This document shows positions 25,894 to 38,570 of a DNA stretch of 64,000 bases, one piece after another. The stretch lies in the NCBI RefSeq assembly GCF_036321535.1, contig NC_087436.1:53260001-53324000 (forward strand). Direction: 5' to 3'. The stretch's first letter is position 1, and each line of letters begins with the position of its first letter. Under the pieces are notes generated by a model. It had not been told where the DNA came from, did no database searches, and worked only from the letters and a program-made list of their open reading frames with translations. Made by a program: the position numbers and the translations under genes. This stretch comes from Camelus dromedarius (taxonomy: Eukaryota).

Positions 25894-28800
25894 GTAATAG
25901 GCCTCACTCCTCTCTTCTTCCCAGTACTTGTCATGTAGGTCCCAACAAAGTTTTAGTAAATAAATGACTGCCTTGGAAGTATTTAGAGACAACCTAGGTT
26001 AATCCACGAGGGACTGAGAATTGCTGGTGGAATTATTGACCAGCCAAAGACTGGTCGACCTGACCATCTATCAGATCATCCCAACCTCCCAACACTAGTG
26101 TTTCTTTAATGATTCACAATTCATTCTCCTTTCATTGTATCTCCCTCATAGACTTTAGGTTTTGAGACAGTTTGTCTAGCATTCATAATTTTAAAGCAAT
26201 TATTATTAATTATAACCACACATTGTCATGCAGCTTCTGATCAGCATAAGATATCTAAGGTTATTACACAGACTTTATATAGCCCAACCAAAAGAAAAGC
26301 AATTTGGCTTCTTAATAAGACGGTGCAGTCTTATCAAGAAAAGAAACATGCTCGTTTAATATCCAGATTAGCTCTTTGCCCCCGTTACTCCCTTCTCAAA
26401 GCTTCAGGACCCTCTAAGATCAAGAACCAATGGAGTAAGTCTTAAAATTTGATAAACTGGTATTCTGTGGAGGAATTAAAGCCAACATGAAATTTGCAAA
26501 TGACTTTGTGACCACCATCCTCCCCTTTTATAATATGAATGTGTTATGCACTTATATATGAATTTATTTATTTTTTCTATAGAGCTATAGAATAATGCAC
26601 TGTTTAAAAGGAGATTTCTGTCTTGAAGAAGCAAAATAAAAAGATACATTTCTCTACCATGTTAACCCACTAATCTATGAAACACACTTGGGTCTCTAAA
26701 CAAGGCACCTGATGCCACAGTTTCTCTAATCACCCTCCACCATTTGTTGTGTGGCTGGATCTGTCTTCTATAACAGTTTCTTTCCCTATAAAATAGGAAT
26801 AAAATCTTGCTCTTTGAGAACCATGGTTGGAATTCTATGTATTTTTATGGCACTACTTTTAGCATCAGTCTCAGGACAATTCTTTTACATAAGCCATTTT
26901 TCAGATCCTGGAAGATATAAAGACCACATGCAGCTATCATACTACACAGCTATTACAGGCCTGAGGCGAGGGACCCTAGCGAGTTTGCAGTCTGTTTCAG
27001 AGCTCACACAGGCTGGTTTCTCTCTTTTTTTTTTCTTTCGCTTCTTTCTTTTCCTTTTTCTTTTTTGGCTGGTTTCTCTCTTGAACTTTGCATCCATGAT
27101 CCAGTTTCAGGGAGAATCAAGGACATAATTATTGTCATCATTAACAATGAACTTTTAATGGTTACTCCTGTGTATAATTAGCTCACCTTTCATTTACTCA
27201 AAGTTGAGAAACATAGTAGAAATCATCAGGATGAATTTTGTTCAGTTTTAACAAGCATTTTCAAAGTGAGGATCAAAGCCTGCAGCCAGAGAAAGGCCAG
27301 CAGAAGGAAGGGCCTTCCCTCTTGACTGGGTACTCCCGAGGCAGGATGTGGGATTCAAGAAACTGTGTGGGCAGCTTTCCTTTCACAGGAGTCATGTGAA
27401 AGTTCAGGAATAGGGAAAGAAGTGTTGGAGGAGTAACTACAATGGTCTTGATTGACATGGCGCCGTCTCAGGAGACCCAGAGGGGTCCCCTTGCCCTAGT
27501 CATGGTGGAAGAGTGATACCTGCTCATTGTCTGTGGACACGGGTGCCTCCGGTCCTTTTTGGCTTCAGCTGCTTACCACACAGCATAAAGGGACTGTGAT
27601 AAAAATCTAAATTGGCCTCTTTTTTGGTATAGACTTGTGTATAGCAAAAGATTTGGCCTTCTCCTGGCTGGAGACATGGGTTCAGCTAAGTAAAGAGGAG
27701 TTTCTTGGGATTGGGAAAGTTGGGAGTGGGGAAGGCAATGCCCTCTGAGAACACAGGGACATCAGGAGACATGCACGCAACTCTGTGCCAGGTCTTTCCA
27801 TTGGCCTTTGAGCTTTTGGATGCTTCTGACTTTGATGCCCCATACAAGCAATGGGGAGAGAGAGGGAGACGGCCACCTGGGGCATCATAGTATTTCTTCA
27901 TCATCATGTGAATGGGGTGAGGGCTGATCAATGCAGCCCTGGGGGCTGAGGCAGGAAAAGGTAGGAGAACCTGGCACTCTCGGTCTCCAATGAACTAAAG
28001 TGAAATGAGTCTTTCTACCTTTAGTGGGTAAGTCCTGATGCAATACATTGGCCACTCTGGCTTATTTCTTCCCATCCCTGCCTGCCAGATGTCCAGGTAC
28101 TACACAGATAGTCATGTTGGGTCCAGTTCTAAATGTCACATAACTGTCTTGTATATTCCCATGCTTAGGAGCACTCAGCCCTAAAGAGGCCCTTTTGAGT
28201 GAGTAAATATTTCAAAGAGTCCCTTCCCCAGTTCTACCTGTGAAGTATTCCTAGTTCCATCCCACATGTCTTAACCTACGTGGCCATGAGAATATACACC
28301 AAGAGGACAAAGCCTTTAGCTTTGGTAGGGTATCTCCTTTTGGAAGGATTTATAATGCTCCAAAGCACAGAAATTCATAGTAGGAGACCTCCTAATACCC
28401 AGCCAGCAGCTGCCAGGCCCCTGGGGCCACCCAGTACCCCCTTACTTGGGATGTTGGAGGGTCCCTGATGAAAGGCCTGAGAAGACGAGAGTGGGAGGCT
28501 GCTGCTCCAGCTCAGTACAGCTCCCATCTCACCTGCCAGTACAAGCCCTCAGGACTTGCCTACAACCTCCTAGGATCCTTTCATAGGTGATGGTCCCGAA
28601 TGCAGTCTCTCTATCTGAAATCCTATCAGCTCAGAGCTGAGCTCTGCCATTAGCACCTCTGAGGCTTCTGTGCACACAGAACATGAGAGGTGGGCAGGAA
28701 AGGGCAGTAGACATATTTGGAGGTTCCAAGAAGTAAAAGGGAAAGATCTGAGTGGTCGTCTTCCTTAAGGAAGTTTGCTGTCTGTAAAATGGGTGTAACT

Positions 28801-30599
28801 CTGTGCCCCATCTCCTTGCTGGGCGAATGATGGGATGCAGCAAAATGAGGCAGGTAATCAGACATCAGTTGCATCAGTGGATGTGACTTATGGTTAGATA
28901 AAGGAGAAGGCAGAGACATCGTGGGGAGGCTGAGAGAAGGGAGACTTTGGGATGGACAAATCTTCCTTCTTGTCTCCTCACCTACCCTGTGGATTTCATA
29001 GCCTCTCCAATAATAGTGCAGCCCCAGTGGGAGCACAGGTTCAACTTCAGGTTGAGTCAGTAGGTGGTGAAATCATTCTCATACACATCCTTTGACCTTA
29101 ATTAAAGCCTCCACAGGTGCTGTGTGAGGCGAGGGAAATGTGAAATCAATGATGTTGATGTGAATGTTTTTCACTTTCATTGAGGCCGTCCTCACTATTG
29201 GTTTACACATGAAAACTCTCTTTGTGAACTCAATTTATGTTAGGGGAAACATCTCTTTGTCACTGTTATCCTCTCATTATTATAGCCCTTGACACTCCCA
29301 AGTCACATGCCCCTAGCCCTGAGCATCCACTATGGCATCTTTTACATGCAAAATGTTGAACTATCCAACTTTCATACACCAAGGCTCAGAGAGTTTCCAA
29401 ATTCAATCTGAAAATAAACCAAACCCAGCAAAACTAAAACGCACAGATTTTTATGGGAAAGAAAACTGCACTGGTAATATGTGGTGAGCAAAAGGCAGAT
29501 ACTGTTTAAAAATGATAGAATTATAGACTATGAGAGCTAGAAATGGCCTTAAATTTCTTCCAATTCAAACCCCTTACTTTACAGGTGAGGAGGGTAGAGA
29601 GTAAAGTTGCATGGCTGGTTGGTTCAAAGACAGGAACAAAGCTAGGAACCCATGATCTCTTCTAAGTGTGGTTTCAGCTCCTTTCAGTACAGCACCCTGC
29701 TTTTCAACAGCAGGTGTGTCTTCTCACGATTAAGCTTGAGAACAGAAGGAACTGTTCTTTGGGGCTTGCAGTGAAAAGGTCAGGAAACAGGATGTGTCCA
29801 CCAATAGCCAAGAGATTCGAACCTCCAATTTGAAAGAGTTTTAGAAATTGTCTGGGACACCCCTCCCATCTGGTGCTGGATTTTTCCCCACTGTGATCTG
29901 CCAAAAGGTTTTATAACCCCACTGTGATCTGCCAAAGGGTTGTGTAATGCTAGAGGTTGTGTAATCTCTTCTAGGACAGCTCTAAGTCTGTCCAGAGTGT
30001 GCTCTACTGCTTGACAGCCAGCCCGGGGAAGTTGTTCATCAAGTCAGGTTGACCTGCCTCTTACTGACTCCTCGTTGTGCCCTGGCCCTGCCCCAGGGCC
30101 CTAGAAAACAGGTCTGATCTTTCTTCAGGTGGTTGAAGATGGCTGCACATCGTCTTCCCCACTCTATCCCAAGCCTCCTCCTCTACAGAGTAAACAACCA
30201 AATTCCATCAATGACTTCTTGACTCTAACCAGGCCAAACAGGGTGCAAAGACGGCAAAACATCCCAGCATGGACTTTGGAGACCTAGCAAACACTCTGCC
30301 CTGTCACAAATGAAAACCACATTTAGAAAGAGCAGAATATTAAAGATTTTGAACTTACAGGATTTATGATAGGTTTGAAAAATTAGAGCATGAAGCATTG
30401 TAATGATTTTCAACCTACAAAGGAAATGAAAAGGTCCCTATGTTTTCTATTTTTTTCAATAACTATTCAAACTTACTGAATTTGAATTCCCTCATCTATG
30501 ACATGGTGGTAATAATAGCTTTGCGGGGCTATCAGAGATTTTGCTTGCCAAGTGCCACAGAGAGGCACCCCGTGTGTGGTAGAGATGATCACAACCTTT

Positions 30600-31425
30600 C
30601 AAAATATTACTTGTGCTCCCTTCACCTCTCCTGACTCCTCTGCCTCCTCCCTCTTCTCTCCACAGAGCCAGAGTTCACTGTTTCCTCACAGCCCCTCCAG
30701 GTGCTTCTCTCTGAAGAGTCCAGCTAACGCTGGTCTCTCCTTTCTCTGAGTTCCCATCACAAACTTAGCATCAGAATTGTCACAGTCTCCAACTCTTTCA
30801 TGGGTTTTATGTTTCCTGACTCATTTCGTGCACCACTCTTGCCTGCCCCTCTCACCCACCTCAACACACATGCAGTCTATTCTCAACCAAAAGACAGAAA
30901 AATATCTCAGATTAAGTCATGCCTCTGCTCAAAACCCTCCTGTGGATGTCTATCTAAACGAGAAAAAAAGCTGAAATCTTCAAAAATGGCCTCAACACTC
31001 ACATGGTGTCGCCCCCATTGCTTCTCTGACCTCCCCCACCTTACTCCTCCTGTTACTCCCTGTGCCCCATCCACACAGGCCCCTCACGAACCCTCGGGCA
31101 GACTCCCATCTCTACTGGACCTTTTGCCTGGAATGATCTTTCCTCAGATAATTCCGTGTCTGTCTCCCTCGCGGTCTATATGAAAATGGAATATTTAAAG
31201 GAGGACTTCTCTAACCACCCTCTTTGAAACTGTATACATACCCTCTCCCAGGAAACTATGTTCCTTCCCAGCTTTATTTTTCTTCTCGGCATGTATCACT
31301 AACCTCCTATGTAACTGACTTATTTTGTTTCTTCCCTGTAAGTCCTCACTAGAGTGCAAGTCATGTGGTAACAGGATTTCTTCATAGAACAGAGCCTGAT
31401 TTGTACTATGCATCCTATTTGTTCA
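30600..31425 (+). mobile_element. L2 LINE fragments
   Basis: CTCTGCTCAAAACCCTCC and CTAGAGTGCAAG..CAGGATT L2 3' motifs; boundaries approximate. Confidence 0.6.
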
Positions 31426-32210
31426 TCTAGAATGAACCTGTTGTGGGAAGCAAGGTGGTATGATGCGAAACTGTGGGTGTGAAGTTCAAACTCCCATTCT
31501 GCCACTAACTGCTTGACCTTTGGAACACTTACTTAAGCTCTCTTAGCTTCCATTTACTCATGCATGAAAGAAGAGTATACTAGTAACTGTCTTATAGCAT
31601 CTATTAAGGTGGTGAGGTCTTTCCAGTTGCAAGTGAGAGAAACCCACTCTCAGTTCTATTTACAACACTCCATCTGGGGCTGTCATTTCCTCCCACTGCA
31701 GGCATATTTTCCCAGTGCAGTGTGGGTGATTAGGATACAGACAGTTCAGGACTCAAGTCATCCCAGCATAGCAGTCCCAGAAGAAAGAAAAATTCTCCCT
31801 CTAAGGATCTTTGCTTAAAAACACCAAAGAAGAGCTCAAACAAGTGTGGCTGGGGTCCTGTGCCCATCCCAGGGCCACCATCTTTGGCCAGAAGGATGTG
31901 ATGCTGTGATTAGCACTCCCAGCGTTTTGCCGAGGCAGCTTCATTGGAAAAACATGGAGTCAAGGAAGGGTAGTTCCCAAAGGAAGGGGATTTCATTTCC
32001 AAAAAAGAAATAATGGTATGCTCCAGATTAAATAAAACAGATGTCCATGACAAACGGAGAACGTGTTAACTCGTGGAATCCAAAGGATAAACAATCAAAC
32101 AATGAACTGGATAGGAAGGCAATTGGACCTCAGCAATAATGGGACCAAGGAATGGAATTGGGCCTCAACCCAAACTTCCTTTTTATTATTTGAACTGCTT
32201 CTTTGCGTGA

Positions 32211-33400
32211 GTATAGCAATTGCTCAAAAAATTAAAAATAAGACTACCATATGATCCAGCAGTCTCGCTTCTGGGTATATTTCCAAAAGAATTGAAAGCA
32301 AGGCCTCAAAGAAATATTTGCACACCCATGTTCATAGCAGCATTATTCATAATAGCCAACAGGTGGAAGCAACACAAATGTTCATTGATGGATGAATGGA
32401 CAAAAAAAAATGTGGTATATATGTACAATGGATACTATGCAAGATTGTTGGATCACAAGGTAGTCCTATTCTTAATTTTTTGAGGAATTGCTACACTGTT
32501 TTTCACAGCAGTTGTGTCATATTACAATTACACTAATAGAGCACAAGGTTCCAAATTCTCCACGTCCCCAACACTTGGTTGTTTTTTTTAATCGTAGCCA
32601 TCTTAATGGATATAAAATGACATCTCTTGTGGCTTTGCTTTGTATTCTTCTGATGATTAGTCATGTCTCCTCCAGAGAACAGGAAAAGAGGAAACATTTC
32701 CCAACTCATGAAGCCAGCAGATCTTTAATACCAAAATCTAATAAGCACATCACAGGAAAAAAAGGAAAATTACAGATCAACCTTGCTTACAAAAATGGAT
32801 ACAAATGTTCTAAACAAAATTAATTCAGCCTAATATTAAAAATAATACATGATGACTAAGTAGATTTATTCAGGAATGCAATATTGGTTTAACATTTGAA
32901 AATCAATGTATTTTAGCACATTAACAAAAGAAAAGAGATAGTTATATGATGATCTTGATATGCAGAAAAGCATATGATAAAGCTCAAATCCAATTATAAT
33001 AAAAAGTCTTCACAAACTATGAATTACAAAGAACTTCCTTATTCTGATGAAGTATATCTATATATCAACCTAAGGTGAACATGACACTTAACCAATTATT
33101 GAGATTGACAATGAGACAAGAATAGTCATATAAACACAACTTCTAGTCAATATTAAAGAGAAGCTCTAGCCAATGCAAGGAGACAAAAAAGAAGTCATAA
33201 AATGTTTAAGAATTGGAAAGGAAGAAATAAAGCTTTCATTATTCTCAGATGATGTATATCTAGAAAATCTAAAAGAATCTTCAAATTAAATAATAATAAA
33301 TAAATAAACTTAAAAAGATATTTGATGCAGGGTCAATATAAAATTATATTTCTATATACCAGTGGCAAACAAATAAAAAAATGAAATTAAAAATAAAACT
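32211..33400. mobile_element. Rearranged L1 fragments (+ 32211-32430, - 32435-32665, + degenerate ORF2 32670-33400)
   Basis: ORF 32220..32483 reads LKKLKIRLPYDPAVSLLGIFPKELK...[11 protein letters not shown], the L1 ORF2 C-terminus. Confidence 0.85.
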
Positions 33401-34596
33401 ATCTTCTTCTGTAATAGAGTGTCATGTAGTAGAACAAATTTAGAAAGTCCATTAATAAGTCTAAATATGCATAAGAATTTAGCATATAATAAAATTGACA
33501 TTTAATCAATGAAAAAGGAGAAATAATTCCATAATTTATATTGGAATACTTGATCGTATTCCTACTTTATTCATATGTCTAAATAAGTACCAGAGAGACT
33601 AGGATTGTATGTATATACCCCAGTAGTAGTAGAAGACACATGCTAAAGATGAAAAAAAGAGACCTAGAAAATTTTTAAGTGCCAATGACAACTGGGGAAA
33701 ATGTTCAAATTAAATATAAATGGTTAACACATTTTCTGCAGTGGTTTCTTGCATATTAGTAGGAAAAAGACAAAACTCTCAAAGAAAACTAGGCAAAGGA
33801 AATGAATTAACAGTCTGTGAGAAAAAACCAAATGGTTGATAAGTACATAAAAAATTAAGCCTCATTATTTAAGGAAATGAAAAGTAAACCAATCAAATAA
33901 ACAAAGACTTTACTGAAAACTCTCAATTTGGGCTTGAATGTGGGAAATGGAAATCCTTATGTACTGCTCAAAAGTCATGGTATTTCCATATAATAAAATA
34001 CTCTCTAGCAACTTAAAATGTCATAGATAGACATTTGCCAACATGAAAATATTTTCACAACTATTGCGACATGAATGTTAAAAGCACTGAAGATCACAGA
34101 TCACATAAAACTATGGGGACAAACAATTCTGGAAGGAAACACATCTAGATGTTATTCATGGTTATCTCTGGGTTGTTGGATTTTATTCTATTATGAGTAT
34201 TTTATAATATTTATACAATAAATACTGTATTAATTTTCAACAAACTTCATGTCGTATTAATAAAGAAAACTTTAAGCTGTGTTCATAATTTCTGTTAAGG
34301 ATAAGCATTTCTGAGAAAATCATCTGCTTCAAATATTCCTCTTCATAGTAGTTCATTGACATTAACAGGGCACATTATCTGTCTCTGGCACTGACTTCAC
34401 TGGAAATCGTATAGTGGGCATGTTCACTTTGGATGTTTGGCTTATTGGAACTCTTTGTAATCAGGCAACTCTCACAAACAATATTATCTTGGTTTTTTTC
34501 TTAGGTGTATTTTCTCTTAAGCCATGGCTGTTTTGTTTGTTTTGCTGAATAATAAGCTGAGTAGATAAATACTTTTTTGAATTTTGTTACAGGAAC

Positions 34597-34957
34597 TGCT
34601 ATGGACTCAATTGTGTCCCTCCAATTCATGTTGATTTTCTAACCTCCCCCCACCAAGTGACTGTACTTGGAGTAAGGAAGTGATTGAGGTTAAATGAAGT
34701 CATAAGAGTGGGGTCCTGATTGACAGGATTAGTATTCTTTTAAGAAGAGCCACCAGAGAGCTCACTTTCTCTCTCTACCACGTGAGGACACAGAGAGAAA
34801 GTGGCCATCTTCAAGCCAGGAAAAGGGCTCTCACCAGGAACCAAACTGGTGAGCACCTTGGTCTTGGATTTCCCAGCCTCCAAAAGTGTGGGAAACTGTG
34901 TCTGCTGTTTAAGTCACTCATCTACAGTATTTGGTTATGGCAGCCTGAGCTAAGATA
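34597..34957 (+). mobile_element. MLT1A-like LTR
   Basis: TGCTATGGACT...GTGAGGACACAG..AAGTGGCCATCT..AAGCCAGG...GCAGCCTGAGCTAAGA. Confidence 0.85.
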
Positions 34958-35653
34958 AACAGTTAAATATTTGCTTATATAAATATTTGGCTGGTTCAAC
35001 ATCTCTTTCACAAGAAATGATATAAAATACAAAAATCTCTTTACTGAATACTATCAATGGTGAGAAAACTAACACCATATTTGATTATTGGGGTAAAATT
35101 AACATTACCTGTAAACTAACACCCACAGAAAAGTCTTGTAAACTTAGAATTAATTACACTTGCATCTCCCTGTTCTTTTGGCCATCTCCTCAATCTGTTG
35201 CTAATTAATAAGTAAATAAATAAATCCCTTTTGGAGAGAACTTTATTATTTTCAGCGTTATAGTAACAATGTTTTGGTCAGGCAGATTTAGGCTTGACTC
35301 TCAGCTTTGCTTCTTTTCCAGCAATGTGACTTCTAGAAGGTTACTTCATCTATCTGAGCCCCACCTTACCTGTAGAATGGAGCGAGTCATAGCTACTTAA
35401 GAGTGATGTTGTGCGGACTCAGTAAGTCAGCAGTTGTTAAGTGTGATTGACACCTGGTAAATCCTCAACAAGTACTAGTTTCCTTTCCTGGCCACCCATT
35501 CTTCCAACTAACCAGAAATAGAAAAGCGCTGCTGCCTGTACCTTAACAATACAATACACAGATAACTAGGGGTTTGAGCATGGTCTCTTCTTTTCCATTT
35601 CGAAGTAATAGGAGACAAACTAACAAATTGGCTCCCCTGATGCTAAAACTGTT

Positions 35654-36129
35654 TGTTGATTCATTCTGACTAAGAAATCCTGCAACTTGCTTTTTTTCCC
35701 TTACTGTATTTGTGCTAAACAACTCCCAAACTTTTCCCTTATGCTCTCCCTTCTCTATACATCCTTTACCAAGAATAGCTTTAACCCAGAGGCTATGCTC
35801 CAGGAAGGAGGTAATGGGTCAATAATCTCAGAAGAATGGGCCGACCTTCCAGAGTTCCTCCGTGATATCAGGAAGATTCATTGAGGTTAAGAGGAATGCA
35901 GCACCCTGTAAAACACCCTGATTGTTACCACTTTTTCTGTTCCATCCAGTTTTTCTATAAAACCTCAAGCCCCAACCCCAAGACAGATTCACAGTCTCTA
36001 AGGCATCAGCCTGCTGTAACTCCCCTTTGCCTGGCAAAGAAACAAAGCTGTTCTTTTCTGATTCTCCCAAAACTCTGCCTCCAAGCCTCAATCCAGTTTT
36101 GGGGGCACAGAGGCTGGTTTGTGGCAACA
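35654..36129 (+). mobile_element. ERV1-type solo LTR (5' boundary uncertain)
   Basis: TATAAAA near 35956; CCCCTTTGCCTGGCAAAG; ends GGCAACA. Confidence 0.6.
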
Positions 36130-36775
36130 ATCTCAATTCCATTTTGATTCCACTGCTCTGATTTTGAATATTTATATTTTCCTACTCAAAGGAATATTTC
36201 CACTGGAAGAACTCCTACCTTCCACCCCATGTACACATACCTCACAATCTTCTTACACAAGGCTAGGGGATTTTTTTAAAACACAACTTTGATCTTTATG
36301 CTTTAATACTCAGAACTATCAATAGCCTCCTTTCATGCAAACTCTTTAAAATGGCGTTTGAAGTAATACATAATTAGATCCTATTTTTTTTCATAATTAC
36401 CTCCCTGGACTATGTCCCTTCACACACTACACCCAATCTAAACATGCCCTATGTTGCTTCTCCCTGTGCAAGGCATTAATCTTTTCAGATTATATTCCCT
36501 CCTGTTCCACTTGTCAAAATATATAAAGCCGGGTTAAAAGTCATTTGCATTGGAGATTTCCCAATCAAATTGGTTTGACTTATCTGATAACTCCTTTTTA
36601 TTCTTCTATTCAAAAGTTTGTCTAACTTTTCCCTATGTGATCTTCTGGAGTTTAAGTTCCTTGAAAAGAGAAAGAACACCTAGTTTATCTTGGTATTTTT
36701 GTATCTGTCTCCCATTGAGGAATGAGTTGGCTGAACAGAATTTGTCACAGGAAAGGTGATGCCTTCCTCTTATGT

Positions 36776-37285
36776 TTGTGAATGAAAAATATTGCCAACC
36801 ATATCAGTAAACAAAGAATGCTGTGGCCATCAAGTCATCAGCCGCTAACTGCCACCCCTAATAGTGAGCAGAGGGAACTCGAGACGCAGACAAGCAGGCA
36901 GCCTGGCCTCTGCAGCCACCCCTAGCAATGCCCCCTGAGGGAACTCAGGTTGTGAAAGAATAGGATTCTGGTCCTAGATAGCTAGGTATATATCAAAGGA
37001 ATAATTTCAATGAGTCCAGATCTTTACATCTCCCCATACATAGAAAACTGCTAAATACCTTAAGTTGAGACATCTAGTTTTCCTTAATTAACAGTAATCT
37101 TTTGATGTTCTGACCACCTGGTCTTTGTTGAAAAAAATTCATATATCCTGGCTTCTACCTTGCCACTTTGGAACAGACTCTTAGAGCCATCTGAGATGCT
37201 GAGTCCTGGGCTTGAGTCTTAAGAAAACACACTGATTAAAACATAATTCTCAACTTTTAGGCTGCGCATTTTATTTCAGTCGACA
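36776..37285 (+). mobile_element. ERV1-type LTR (MER4/MER41-group-like)
   Basis: Ends ATTAAAACATAATTCTCAACTTTTAGGCTGCGCATTTTATTTCAGTCGACA; starts near TGTGAATGAAAAA. Confidence 0.65.
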
Positions 37286-37289
37286 GAGA

Positions 37290-38570
37290 TGTCAAGATAA
37301 TGTAATGAAGAAAAGGAGAGACTTTCAACAAATGGTGCTAGAACAAGTAGCTATTCATTTAAAAACAAATGATCCTCAACACTTACCTCCCACCATACAC
37401 AAAAATTTACTTGAATTGGATCATAGACCTAAATGTGTAAGCTAAAACTATATAATTTCTAGAAGAGTACATAGGAAAAAATCTTTGCTTATTGGCTTAT
37501 GCAAATACTTTTTAGAACATAAAAAGTACTATTCATAAAAGAGCAAATTGATAAATAAAACCTCATCAAAGTTTTAAAAATTATTCTCATATAATAACAC
37601 CATTTAAGGAAATGGAAATGCAAGCCACAGAATGGGAGAAAATATTCTCAACACATTTATCTAACAAAGTACTTGTATCTAGAATGTATAAAGAACTCTT
37701 ACAACTAAATAGTACAAAGACAGCCCAATAAAAATAGGGAAAGGATTTAAACAGTTCACAAAAAATGCAAATGGCCAATAAGAACAAGATGCCCAAAAAA
37801 TTAGTCATGAAGTAAGTGAAAACTAAAGCATGTGGAAACAGCACTGCACCCACTAGGTAGACTAAAACCTAAAAGACTATCAGTATCAAGTGTTGCTGAG
37901 GATGTGGAACAACTGGAATTCACATACACTGTTAGTAGGAATGTAAAGTGGTACTACTTTGGAAAACCGTGCGGCTATTTTTTTATAAAGTTCAATGTCC
38001 ACCCACCATATGCCCAGCAATTCCACTCTTAGATATTTATCTGAAAGAAGTGAAAAGATTTGTCCACAGGTGTTTAGGGTGTCTATTTTCAGACTAGCCA
38101 AAAATGCAACTGAAATGTCTATCCCTTGGTGAATGGATAAACAAATACAGTAAATCCGTGCAATAAGCTGCTCTATAACAATGAAAAGGTACAGACTACT
38201 GATATGCACAACATTTTACATCTCAAAAACATGATGCTGAAGAAAGACACTAAACACATGAGAGCTTGTCTTGGCTTGATTTTATTTATATGAAATTACA
38301 GAATAGGCAAAGCAATCTAAACCAAGAGAAAGCAGACCAGTGGTTGCCAGGCACTGGGCGTGTGTAAGTGGACTGACTGCAAAGGGCTGTGAGGTAACTT
38401 TTAGGGAAACAAAAATGTTCCATATTTTGTTTGTGGTGGTAGATTTAGAGTAGATTTAAAGGTATATTAATTGGGCAAGACTCAACGATGTGCACACTTA
38501 AATGGGTGCATTTTTTTGTATATAACATTGACATCAGTAAAGTTAATGTTAAAATAAATAAATAAAAACT
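37290..38570 (+). mobile_element. Old L1 (L1MB/MC-type) ORF2 3' part and 3' UTR
   Basis: TTCAACAAATGGTGCTAGAACAA, CCATACACAAAAATT, GAGGATGTGGAACAACTGGAA, A-rich end. Confidence 0.85.

Noticed and set aside
25491..25992. Overlapping 147-aa and 138-aa minus-strand ORFs
   Set aside because: They lie within an old LTR and look like chance ORFs.
35196..36129. Longer LTR starting at TGTTGC (35196), complementary to the GCAACA end
   Set aside because: The flanks do not form a TSD and an ancient MIR lies in between.
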